Shown: positions 25,592 to 37,742 of the stretch, in pieces
How the letters are laid out: every line of letters begins with the position of its first letter
Position numbering within the stretch: the first letter of the stretch is position 1
Assembly (NCBI GenBank): GCA_034780895.1
Contig: JAUZTB010000033.1
Coordinates: 10,447,477-10,511,476 of the forward strand
Direction of reading: 5' to 3'
Origin: Rhynchobatus australiae
Lineage: Eukaryota
DNA: 64,000 nucleotides
Notes under the pieces: generated by a model
Database searches by the model: none
The model's input: the letters and a program-made list of their open reading frames with translations, nothing else
Told to the model about the DNA's origin: nothing
Program-made: the position numbers and the translations under genes

Positions 25592-28500
25592 NNNNNNNNN
25601 NNNNNNNNNNNNNNNNNNNNNNNNNNNNNNNNNNNNNNNNNNNNNNNNNNNNNNNNNNNNNNNNNNNNNNNNNNNNNNNNNNNNNNNNNNNCAATTTAAC
25701 TCTGACCAACTAAATCTAGTGAAAAATATTTCCATGTCCTCCACGGTATTCAATAAAATATTAGACATAGTTGCACATAATGTTTAATTTTCTGTTCCAT
25801 TCTTTATTTCTGCTCTTAAATATGCAGGGGTCTTTAAATATGTATATTAGGCTCTAGAAATATCACCTGGATTTTAGTTATTCTTGTTGGAAGGCTGCAC
25901 AGAGACACAGTTGCTGTTTCCCCATCATTTCACCTGAGCAAGAGGAAGAGTTTGGTTAGAAACTAAAACATAAGTCATATTGTTTTGATTTAATTGGTTC
26001 CTGGTGTTGGACCAGGAGGCATAGAGGTGCTAAAGTGTCTCGCACCCCTCCACCTCGTCATTTGCTTGCATGTTGGGCTTTGTTCCTTTGTTCTCCAGCA
26101 TTCTGCTCATGATGCTATTTCTCTCCTTCTCACCTCCCCGCTGAGCTCAGAGTGGACTCTGACTCAGATGCAGGGAAGTCTCCCAAGCCTCAACACCCAC
26201 TTTGTATGTCTGTTACCTCTGTAAAAATTGCAGCTTAGCATTCAGTTCACCCATATCCTTCTGTCCCACAAGCATTATTGTTCCTTCTCTCGCTTTCTGA
26301 CCCCACCCACTTCCCTGTATTTGTAAAAGTGTGAGTCAGAAACAGCCAGCTCCCTGTATTTTCAGCTTGTTAACACAAACACTCAGATGAGACTATGTGG
26401 AAGGTCACATCCTATAGGCTGTTAGTTAATCCCATGGACATTATAATAACTGCTTAATAAGAAATTGTAAGTATTAGTTTAGAGTTTGTTCTAACTCCCG
26501 ATGAATGTCAGCCCAGTTTTTGACTTGGGAATTACGAACAAGCAGGAATAAAATAACTACTTCTGCATTAATCTTAAACTATCATCTTGATTATTCTTGG
26601 AATGTAACGTTTACAATCCATAGCATCTCCCAAGATTAATTCCGAGAACTCAGTCCCTTAGATCAGCGACACATCATAATCTAACACAAGATATAACTTC
26701 TTAATATCTTTTTCCTTTATTGAGCATGGTTGTTGTTTTCTTTCAGCATGAGGAAAAAGTGATTAATCTGTCCCTTTCCAAGAGTATGGGAAGAGAAAGT
26801 TTTGGAATCAGTTGTACTTGGGCTCTTCTCTCAGAGAGTTCATCTGGACATGGCTGCTGAAGTAAGTTTGAAAGCAATTTTACTCTGCAAAGTGTACACT
26901 GGCACAATTGCATATGGTCTCTGAAATTGTCTCTCACTTTTGCACTCCTTGTTTGGGAGTCAGATTGTGGACACTGCTCTTAATAATGCAGTCAGGAGAG
27001 CAGGTCCAATGTTCACAGGTCTACAATACATTGCTTCCAAGAAATTAAGCTTGTTTACATGATGGCAGTTGTCTCACAGAGGAAAATCCTAATCTACAGC
27101 TGTGTAAAAGACCTCATGTTAAAATAACACCCTACTGTGAGTTATAATCTATGTCTACTTGGGGTGCTGATTATATCCATCACTTTTTATCCATTATTCT
27201 CTAAAGATATATGAAGACTGATTTTTAAGCCTGGGTAGTGGCTGGAACAGGTACTAAATAATTGCCTACCGATAATACTCACTTACTTATTATCCTTTCT
27301 ATTAACTTCAATCCTCCACTACCAGTGACAAATGCGATTAGAACAGTAATTTGAATTTAATAGAAGGTGCAAAATTCTAAATTGGACCCTGGTGTCAAAG
27401 ATGTCATTGTGAGTCATTTAATCCAAACATTTCTCCATGAAACAAACAAAATATTGGTTCCAATTACTTCATCTGGCTGTAATTTACTTTTTAAAATATA
27501 TGGTTGTTTCTCGACAATCTCTTAAAAAAAATATTCTGGTGAATGTTAATGTTGGAAATGGAACCGTTTGAAAATTTTGAAAACGTAGTATCAGTATCAA
27601 ACATTGCAAGACAACTACAGAATGATCACAGACCTGTCCATTCAGATAGAATATCATGATCAACCTTTGATTTCAGTTAAGTATCTCCCAGTACATCTGT
27701 TTTAGTTTCCTTGCCTTGCAGTGGGCATCCAATGTTCCCCACCGTAAGACTAACTCCAGACCTTGTGCTGATGAGTGCTTGGAGTTCATGCTCTCAAGCA
27801 CTATACTGAGACTGCCGAGTTCATCATTTCACAATGGATCCTTTAAAATTATCAAACAGATTCAATAAACTTGCATTCTGCGTTAAAGGCGAAAGATACA
27901 TGCACTAATTCACATCACCATTGGATCACTTGCATTGTAACTTCATATCTACTCAAATTCTAGGGAATCTTCGATATTCAGCACTGTGAAAACCTCACAA
28001 TAACTTAACTCTGGCCAATATTCTTCTTTACCTACTGCAGTTTGGAAAATTACAGTTATTGACTACAGCATGTAAATAAGTTTACATATTTCAAAACTCT
28101 CAAACCAAATTATCAGATTTTGGAGACTTAATAGCATTTTATGTCACTTGCATGAGTATTGTAGTGCCCCAGCCTTTTAATAACTTGATTTTTTAATGTT
28201 TTGTTTTTTGAGAATATTGAAGTACCTAATTTGCCAATAATTTGATTTTTCATAATAAATATTCCTTGTAGTATTTCATTACTTAAGACTATGAAAGCTC
28301 CATTTTGTTTTCCAAATATTTACAATCTTCTAAAAGCATGGATAATTTATTAAAAAGTATTAATTATTATAATTATTGAAAAAACAACGCTTCTCAAAAG
28401 TAAAGAGAAATCACAGAAAATTGCTGTTAGTGGCTATTATGTAATAAATTAACATTTGAAAAACCTATTAAATAAAAGGGAATGTTTGAATACTATACAT

Positions 28501-29642
28501 TCCTTTACTCAATGTTAAATTAACCTTCTACACATTTTCTCTTTATATGAAATAAATTCAGTTTTTAGGTTTACAAAATAACTGCATAAAGTGTATTAAA
28601 ATATAAATTGTTGCAATAGCCTTTGCATCCTTTTGCAATTAATGTAATATACACAGGTATTGCAGCAGTAGCGATTCCTGCAGACTTTGGAATCTATGGC
28701 TTGTAAATGATTGTCACATTCAGTCCTGATATTTGTCACAATATTCTCCGCATGTCATTCAGTGGATGATCACAGTTCTGGCTATTGGTCCTGTAAAGCA
28801 GAAGAGCACATTAAGTACTTAAAGTAGAAACTGCATTTCATCTTTTGTTAAAAGAAAACTCTGCTTTTCTATGGATTTGATATTTTTCAAGTTGTTAAGA
28901 TATAATTATTTCTTTTCCCAAATGTTCCATTCAACAAAGTGATTTTAAGTGGACTTCGGCCCTGAAAATCAAAGCAGCCATTAGGATAGTGGGTGTGGCT
29001 GACCTCCTCCTGTGATTCTGATAGAGCATCTGCAATCAGGATATGTCATTTGAGTAGCCTCCTTCTGCTGGGCATCTGTGCCAGTATGAATGCTTTATAG
29101 GGTCTGTTGGAGGAGGAAGCAGATGCGGAGCTGGTGGTCACTTCAAGGGGGCAGTGATGTGGCACTTTTTTGTTCTGTTTGAAAGCAGCTACCATGGGCA
29201 AAGGTAAAGGGAAAAGGATTCGAAATTCTGTTTTCCTCTTCTGTCATGATAATCACTGTGATCAACGGGTGTTACTATTTTGTGTTATCTACAGCCAAAC
29301 TTAAAATATTTCATGCCAGGACACTTCAGGTTTGGCTGCAAGAAAGATGAAAGAGATTTTTGGCAATTCCATATTTTTAGAGTGTTGTCAGGATGGGTTT
29401 GGAAACTGCTATATGAATTCCAACTTTTAGTCATGTACAGACAGGGGCAGAGACATGGCAGAACTAGTTCACCACTCAAAGTCCAGCATCGTCTCTCCCC
29501 AATCCGTGTTCATCATGGTTCCACACTCAATAATTTTATATTTTCTATTTCTTTCAAATAATATATAGCAATCTGTGTATGTATCAAAACAATAACATTA
29601 CTAAAACAACTAAACATGTTCTGATGAGGTGTTTCGGACCTG

Positions 29643-31300
29643 AAACATAGAACACTACAGCACAGTACAGGCCCTTTGGCCCAAAATGTTGAGCCGACAT
29701 TTTATCCTGCTCTAAGATCTATCTAACACTTCCCTTCCACATGGCCCCCTATTTTTCTATCATTCATGTGTCTCTAAGAGTCACTTAAATGTCCCTAATG
29801 TATCTGCCCCCACAACATCTGCGGGCAGTGCGTTCCACGCACCCACCACATTCTGTGTAAAAAAACTTACCCCTGACATCCCCCTTATTACCTTCCTCCA
29901 ATCACCTTAAAATTATGTCCCCTTGTGTTAGCCATATTTGCCCTGGGAAAAAGTCTCTGACTGTCCACTCAATTTATGCCTCTTATCATCTTGTACATCT
30001 CTATCAAGTCACCTCTCATTGTCATTCTCTCCAAAGAGAAAAGCCCTAGCTCACTCAACCTCATAAGACATGCTCTCCAATCCAGGCAGCATCCTGCAAA
30101 TCTCCTCTGCACCCTCTCTAAAGCTTCCATATTCTTTCTATAATGAGGCGACCGGAACTGAACACAATATTCCAAGTGTGATCTGACCAGAGTTCTATAG
30201 AGCTGCAATGTCACCTCGTGGCTCTTGAACTCAATACCCTGACTAATGAAGGCCAACACACCGTACGCCTTCTTAACAACACTATCAACCTGCGCAGCAA
30301 CCTTGAGGGATCTATGGACATGGATCCCAAGATCCCTCTGTTCATCCACATTGCTAAGAGTCCTGCCTTTAACCTTGTATTCTGCCTTCGAATTCGATCT
30401 CCCAAAGTGTATCACTTCACAGTTTTCCGGGTTGAACTCCATCTACCACTCCTCAGCCCAGCTCTGCATTCTATCAATATCCTGTTGTAATCTACAGCAA
30501 CCTTCTGCACTTTCCACAACCCCACCAACCTTTGTATCATCAGCAAACATACTAACCCACCCTTCCACATCCTCATCCAAGTCATTTATAAAAATCACAA
30601 AGAGCAGGGGTCCCAGAACAGATTCCTGTGCAACACCACTGGTCACTGATCTCCAGGCAGAATACACTCCATCTACCACCACTCTCTCTCTCTTCTACGG
30701 GCAAGACTATTCTGAATCCACACAGCCAGGTTTCCCTGGATCCCATGCCTCCTGACCTTCTGAATGAGCCTTCCATGAGAAAGCTTATCAAACACCTTCC
30801 TAAAATCCATGTACACCACATCCATTGGTCTACCTTCAATGTGCTTTGTCACATCCTCAAAGAATTCAAATCAGGCTCATGAGGCATGACCTGCCCCTCA
30901 CAAAGCCATACTGACTGTCTCTAATCAGCCTTTGCTTCTCCAAATGCTCATAAATCCTGTCTCCAAGAATCTTTTCCAGCAATTTGCCCACCACTGAACT
31001 AAGACTCACTGGTCTGTAATTCTCAGTGTTATCCCTACTTCCTTTCTTAAAAGGAACAACATTTGTCATTCTCCAATCATCTGGTACTATTCTTGTTGCC
31101 AGTGATGACGCAAAGATCATCACCAAAAAGGCGCAGCAACCTCTTTCCTCATTTCCCGTAATAACCTTGGATATATCCCATCTGGCCCCGGGGGCTTATC
31201 TATCCTAATAGTTTTCAAAAGTTCCAGTACATCCTCGTTCCTCACATTGACCTGCCCTAGCGTATCAGCCTGTTGTACGCCATCCTCACAAACGTCAAGG
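29643..31300 (-). mobile_element. 5'-truncated CR1-type LINE with a frameshifted reverse transcriptase domain
   Basis: Successive ORFs encode KPPGPDGIYPRLL, NYRPVSLSSVVGKLLE, SQYGFVRGRSC, GVAQESVLGPLLFVIFINDL, MFADDTK, QRDLG and LEYCVQF, followed by the complete 3' tail. Confidence 0.95.
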
Positions 31301-33539
31301 TGAATGTTGGTGAGACTATACCTGGTGTACAATCTCCTTATTTAAGGATGGACTTAATTTACTAGGCAATTACCCAGAATCCCAAGATGCCCATGCTCCC
31401 TTTAAACTCATCAGGGCCAAGGTATTAAATAATACCATTAATACTACTAGCATTAAATAATACTATTGTTTAAAATCTTAATATTAAATTAAATGCGTTG
31501 GGATATTTATTAATTTATAATTTTTCCAGAAGTCTGGAAAAACTGTCAGATTGGCACCTAAATCGGAGGATGCTGGATTTTCAGTTTTACTCAACTCAGG
31601 CCAGTAAACAGTCCCCATTTCCAAACTATTTGGAGAGTTGGTGAGTTACTTTAATAAGGACAGTTATACTATTACAGAAAGTGAATTTAGACAAGCAGTT
31701 ATAAAATGTTTTCAAAGCTTTTCCAAATCCAATTGTATTAGCTCTTAGCAACTTTGAGCTCTTGCACATATCAGTGATCAAGAGATATGGAAAGTCAAGG
31801 CAAAGCTCAAGGTCATTGCTTTACACTTAAATCATGCTGGCTCCTTTTGCACTGGCATAATTTAATTAGAGGCACAGGGAATGGAGGTAAATTGGCAAAA
31901 CAATACCATAAAACTGATCAAGAGCTACAAGAAATTCCAGGCACTTAGTTCCTGCCAGTTTCCCTGAATTCCAGTTGCAAAGATACATCCAATAATTCAT
32001 TAGACAGTTTACAAACAAAATGCCAAGAGGTGAATTATTTATGCCAAGCAGCACAAATAATTATCCCTGTTTAGCTGTGCACTCACTGTTACATAAAATA
32101 GGTGGAAACTACAGTCTTTGTCACAAATTTTTCAGAATTACTCCTGCAACACCACCTTCTGGCCAACAGATGGTACTCTCCTCTTATGATGCATTTCCTA
32201 AGCTAATTTCACAGTGTAGCACTTGGCATTGGCAATAAAATGTTTTAGACATGAAGAAAATGAAGGGTTCCCATTTCCTCCTGCCAGAATTCACCTTTGT
32301 TCACTGAAAGCATGAAGTAAACCAGCAGTTAACTCAAAGCAGTCTTGAAAAAAAATTGACAAAATGAAATATCAATAGCATCTCAATGCTAAACCTCACT
32401 TTACGGTTCTGTGAGCAGCCTTCACAAAAATCAATTGCTGCTGTCTTCATTTCCAGTATTAAATACCAATACAAAATATAAAACTGATAATATTGGTACC
32501 ATTAATTTCCAATGGAGACCAGCTCAAACCATAGAGTTCCCCAAACTGCAGCAACTCTGTTGCTGTTTAAAATTTTAAAATCCCAAGTGAAAGGGGAATG
32601 AAATCCTGAGATAATGGTGAAGCTTGCAATCCTAACAACTTGGAACGAGTTATATACAAATGCCTATGCTGCAAGATGTTTCAAGGTAGTTCGCAGGAAG
32701 TGTTGTCTGGCAAAAATTTTTATTAAGTGACCAGAGGAGAAAATGGCAAAAGGTGTTAAAAGAGATGGATCAAAAGGCAAGTTTTAAGCAGGCTTAAAGA
32801 AAACAAAACAGATGGAGTTATGAAAATTTTTTATGAACTTAGGGCCTAGACAACTAAAAGAGACAGCCTCCAATATGGGGAGAAAGTAGGTGAGGGATGT
32901 GTGCCACTGTACCATGACTAAGATTTCTTTAAGTACAGGCTTTGCAAGTCAAGAAAGAATACATTAAAAGCTCAAAATGCTAATAGCATGTCAATATCTG
33001 TGCAAATCATTCTGGTAAAATTAAATTAGAAAATTGAAGTGCTTCAGTAAATTTAAGAAAATAGTTGAGGGTGGGGAAGAAAGAAAGAGGGGTAATTAAA
33101 CATAAGCTTGATCACAGGGGAGATATTAAAGGGCTGAATGACATAACTGCTTCCATTAAGAACAAGGAATCATTAAATTAAATATCATGCCAGAAAGGGA
33201 AATTAATTTAGAAAACCAAACAAAGGACAGGTAAAGAGACCGACTCAGGAAAAAGACTGAGAAAATTACAAAAACGGGGGAGAAATTCAGAACACTTGAT
33301 TGGCATTGAGTACAGATGACATGGAGTACATAAAAAGAAAATGAAATAAAAAGGTCAAAAAAGACTTGAGGTCAACTTGTCAGAACATTGTCACGCCGAG
33401 CTATTAAAGGGTTCACATTCAGAATGACAAGCTTTCTTTCTTTCCCTTGGGCACTGACAGGCCTAATACCATTTCTACACACTCATTACCATTGCCCCCA
33501 TGCTACTAAATTTAATGTTCAAGGACCAAGCAAGAAAAT

Positions 33540-34862
33540 TGGGGAGGCCTGTCAGAAATATAGAAGGTGGAGTGGTCATAGCATTAGGAGGACAAAGAGG
33601 GGGCACTTAATATCACTGACAGACAAGATTAAGGAAAACCCCCAAAGAATTTTAACTGTATGAAGGGCAAGAGTATAACCAGTGAAAGAGTAGGGCCCAT
33701 TAGTGACCAAAATGGCAATTGCATATGGAACCAGAGGACACAGGTTAGACTTCAAGTGCATACAGATGAGAAGTACTATAGCTTAATATTCGTTGGGGGG
33801 TTGGGGGTGGTTGGAAAAGACTGGTCCAAAAGTTAGACCTCCAGGATAAATTGGCAGATTGGATACAAAACCAACTTGGTAATAGGAGGCAAAGGGTTGT
33901 TTTTGTGATTGGAAGCCAGTAACGACCACAGGGATCAATGCTGGGACCCTTGTTACACTCGTTAACGATTTGGATATGAATGCAGGAGGTAGATTAGCAA
34001 GCTTGCAGATGACATGAAAGGTGGTATGGTTAACAGCGAAGAAGGGAGTCATAGGCTAATAGATGATATTGATTAGCTGGTAGGATGGGCAGAGCAATAG
34101 CAAATGGAATTCAATCCTAATAAAAGGTTTTGCACTTTGGGAGGACTAATGACTGTAGAACACACGCAATGAATGGCAATGTCCTAGGGAGTGTTGAGGA
34201 ACAGAAGGACCTCAGCATACATCTAAAGGTCCCTGAAGATGGCAGCACAGGTAGATATGGTGTGAAGGCAGCATATGGGATACTTTGCTTTCATTAGCTA
34301 GTGCATAGATTATAAGAGCAGGGAGGTTGTGATACAACTTTAAAATATTGGTTGGTCACAGTTGGAGTAATGTGTACAGCTCTGAACTCGACACTACAGG
34401 AAGGGCATGAAAGCACTAGAGAGGGAGGAGAAGAGATTCATTAGTACGTTTCCTGGGATGGAGCATTTCAATTATGAGGAGAGATCCAATAGGCTGGTTT
34501 TGACTTTTTTTGGAGCGGAGGGAGGCCTAGGGGTTCCTGATAGAGGTATACACAATTCAGGAGGTGCAGAGATAGGGTAGATAGTAGGAAACTTTAAAGA
34601 GCAAGAGGTTTAGAAACAATCCGAGGAAGAACTATTCTCCCCCACTCTGAGTGTGGCTGGAATCTCAAATGCCTTGTCTGAGTGGGTGGTGGAGGCAGGT
34701 ACTCTCAACATTTAAGCAATGTCTAGACGAGCTCTTTAATCATCAATACAGAGAAGGTTGTAACCAAATACTGGTAAATGGGATTAATATAGATAGGTAC
34801 ATGATGGTCAACATGGACATCATGGGCCTAAGGGCTTGTTTCTGTGCTTTATGCAACTCTAA
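33540..34862 (+). mobile_element. Decayed CR1-type LINE
   Basis: Remnants of IKENPQR, SKLADDMK, MEFNP and EQKDL motifs, and a gggcctaagggcttgtttctgtg tail. Confidence 0.8.
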
Positions 34863-35336
34863 ATAAACACTTTCAAGGAAGTATTTGGCCTGATCGGAAT
34901 GCAACACAAAAGATGAGTGGTCCAAGTGGGCACAGAAGGCAAGGGAGAGTAGAGGTGTCCTAACATTCATGCAAGAGTCTCTCCAAAATAAAGACCACAT
35001 TCGATTGGAGATAATCAAGAAAAATTACCGCACACTAAGAGTCTGGGCACCTGGAAGATGGTGATCAGACATCCTGCATATGTTGGAAAACTAATACAAA
35101 AATAGAAAACACTGACCAGGTCAGGCAGCACTATGGAGAGAAACAGAGACCATGTTGTGGGTTAGACCTCCATTTACCTCTAAATGAATACAGCCTTACC
35201 TGTTGAGTATTTCTACCATTTTTACATCATTTATTTCATAGCTTGTATAAGAGAAACTGTTGTTTGGACAGTGTATATCAGCTGGTTTCTTTATTAGAAT
35301 TCTCTACATATGGGAACATTAGCTCCCTTTACTTAC

Positions 35337-35512
35337 CTGTGTATTCTGTGTTGGTATCTGTAACAAAAGAGCCAGTGCATTGTAATCAAAAAGTTCGTCT
35401 AGTGCAATAAGTCCACCATGAACTCCAATTTCTAAAAGATTATTTGCATATTCCTTAAGTCCAATTGACTGCACCCAACGTATCACTCGCTCATTAGTCC
35501 ACACCATAACAT
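35337..35512 (-). CDS. PPFIA1: Liprin-alpha-1 SAM3 exon ([26 protein letters not shown]...[13 protein letters not shown])
   Basis: CAG acceptor, CAG|GTAAGT donor, 176 nt (phase 1 to 0). Confidence 0.97.
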
Positions 35513-36996
35513 CTGTAAAAATTAGAGGAAGTAGGATTAGAGGGAACGTAACTATTTACACAATAAAATATTTATTAGATCACAAGTGTCCAAGTTTGCA
35601 TCTAAACAGCTTTTTTTAAAGAATCAAATTGCTGGATTTGTTCGAAGTATATTGTTTTAATAATTAAATAATATGAACTGCAACAAATTAAAAGAAAATT
35701 CATAGATGAGTGCACTACAGTGCTGTGGTACAATGTAGAAAACTTCCCAATAAAGTTCACAGAGGATAAGCAAAAAACTAAACAACGCTAATCAATTAGG
35801 GTTTTAAATTAGGAGATTAAATATTCACTGAACTATGACAGCTCCAGGTTACACAACACATCCTTTTTAAAACTCTTATCTTCCTTTCAAAATGCCTCCA
35901 TGGCCTCACCAATCACCCTTCAATTTAATCTTCTCCAATCCTAAAATAAAACAAGATACCCAATTTCCACTCCTCCCAATCTGGCCTCAATCATTCCCAA
36001 ACTCATTGATTCCAACATTGGTAGCTCAGCTTATATATAAAAAACATTCTTTGATTATTTTCTTTATTAGAGGTGATTCAAATATAACGTGACATCAAAG
36101 GTGAAGTTCCAGCAGGGAAATCAAAGATATTTAAAAACAAACGGCAGTGGCAGAGAAACATACAGGGAGACCATTATCAAGGCAGAGATGTGTCAGTTTC
36201 AACCCCAAAGTAGTTTGTTTAGACAGAAGGCAGTGAGATGTTGGTTAAAATGGGATTTACATAATGTCAAGATTTTTAAATGGAGTACCAATATGGAGTC
36301 AGTAAAGGAAAGGGTGATTGGTAAGCATGGCATGTCATGAATGCTTAATTGTAGAAGGGACTTGCTTTCTTTTTCCTAGTTCAGATGAAGGGTCATCGAT
36401 TTAAGTATTTCTCTATCCACAGATGCTGCCTGACCCGAGTTTTTCCAGATCTTTTGTTTCATGTAGGAGAAAGGATGCTGTCCAGGAGCAATGAAATGGT
36501 TGTCTGAAGAAGGGAAATACAGGGAATAAGCATTTTGGCATCAGATGGTCTGAAAAAGGATTTGGGAAAATTGGATTAGAAGCTCAGGGTTGAATGGCCT
36601 GGCTGATGAAATCAGTGTTGAGGCCAGAATACACCTTTGGTCCACTCAATACTTAACAGGGAAATTTCAAATAAAGACCACTGTAATGGAAGTGCAGTGC
36701 TTGGGAGGAGGAGTGGATACGAGTGATATTTAATTTTTGCATTATTGCCTTTTTAAATTCATGTTCTGATGTTGAATCTTCTTGCAGCTTTTCCTCCAGC
36801 AGGGTCTTATGATCCATTTGAGAGAGGGGCAAACATGTATTGGCTTACTATTGATCAAAAACCTGGACTAAAACTTCTGAAAGCATAAAGACAGGAGTGT
36901 TATATCTGAGACCTAATAAGATGGGTCATTGTTGGTCCACTTATTGAGATCATGTTAAGATTTGAGATCATATCAAGATTTGAAATATAACCACAC

Positions 36997-37094
36997 CTCT
37001 GATTTCATGTTGACCTTCTTCACGTCTTCTTTCCAGCTCCTTGCGGTCATAATTCAGTCTTTTTAAAGCCATTATTCCACAATGTAGGCTTTTT
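36997..37094 (-). CDS. PPFIA1: Liprin-alpha-1 exon, end of SAM2 ([32 protein letters not shown])
   Basis: CAG acceptor, GAG|GTGTGG donor, 98 nt (phase 2 to 1). Matches human [27 protein letters not shown]. Confidence 0.95.
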
Positions 37095-37379
37095 CTGTTT
37101 AAAGACAGAACATTCATTTGAGTAAAGCCTTTAACTACTCTGGAGCTTTATACATTCTTCAACATTTTCCATTAAGAGAAATAAACATACATATAAATTT
37201 AAGTGTTCATCCTTCTAGTTGTGTTTTTCCCCTTTAACTATTTTACATTAATTTCATTATTCAGATATTGTACAAATCCAACCAAACTTCAGTATTCATT
37301 GCAGCTTCTCATTCAATTTCAGTTAGGTAGTTAAGACCAAATAGATAATTAATCTCAGAATCAACAAGTAAATGGTATC

Positions 37380-37742
37380 ACGGGTATTATGTACTGGACT
37401 AGTAACCCAGTGAGCTATTCACCTAGAGACACAAGATCAAAATTTACCATGGCATCAAGGGAACAAGTTCAATAAAACAAATATAACCTGGTTTAATGGT
37501 GACCATGAAACTTGAGGACGAGCAAAATAAAAACAATCTTCTGCACTGATGTTCTATCGGGTAGGTAATCTGTAGTCCTTAACCCATCTGGTGTATAACC
37601 CACTTCAAACCAACAGCAAAGTAGTATGACCTGATAAATGTTCTGAAGTGACCTGGCATGTCACTCAATTCAATGGCAATTGGGAAAGAGAAATGAACAC
37701 CAGTCCAGCCAATGATAGCCACATCCCAAGAATGAATAAAAA
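37380..37742 (+). mobile_element. Old SINE; related copy at about 38825-39110
   Basis: ggactagtaacccag head, aatggtgaccatgaaact core and ggcaattggg...gccacatccc...gaataaa tail shared with LINE tails in the window. Confidence 0.55.

Noticed and set aside
29969-31332. Reverse transcriptase ORFs as a functional gene or retron-like system
   Set aside because: They are split by frameshifts and stops, 5'-truncated, and end in the CR1 tail: a dead LINE copy.
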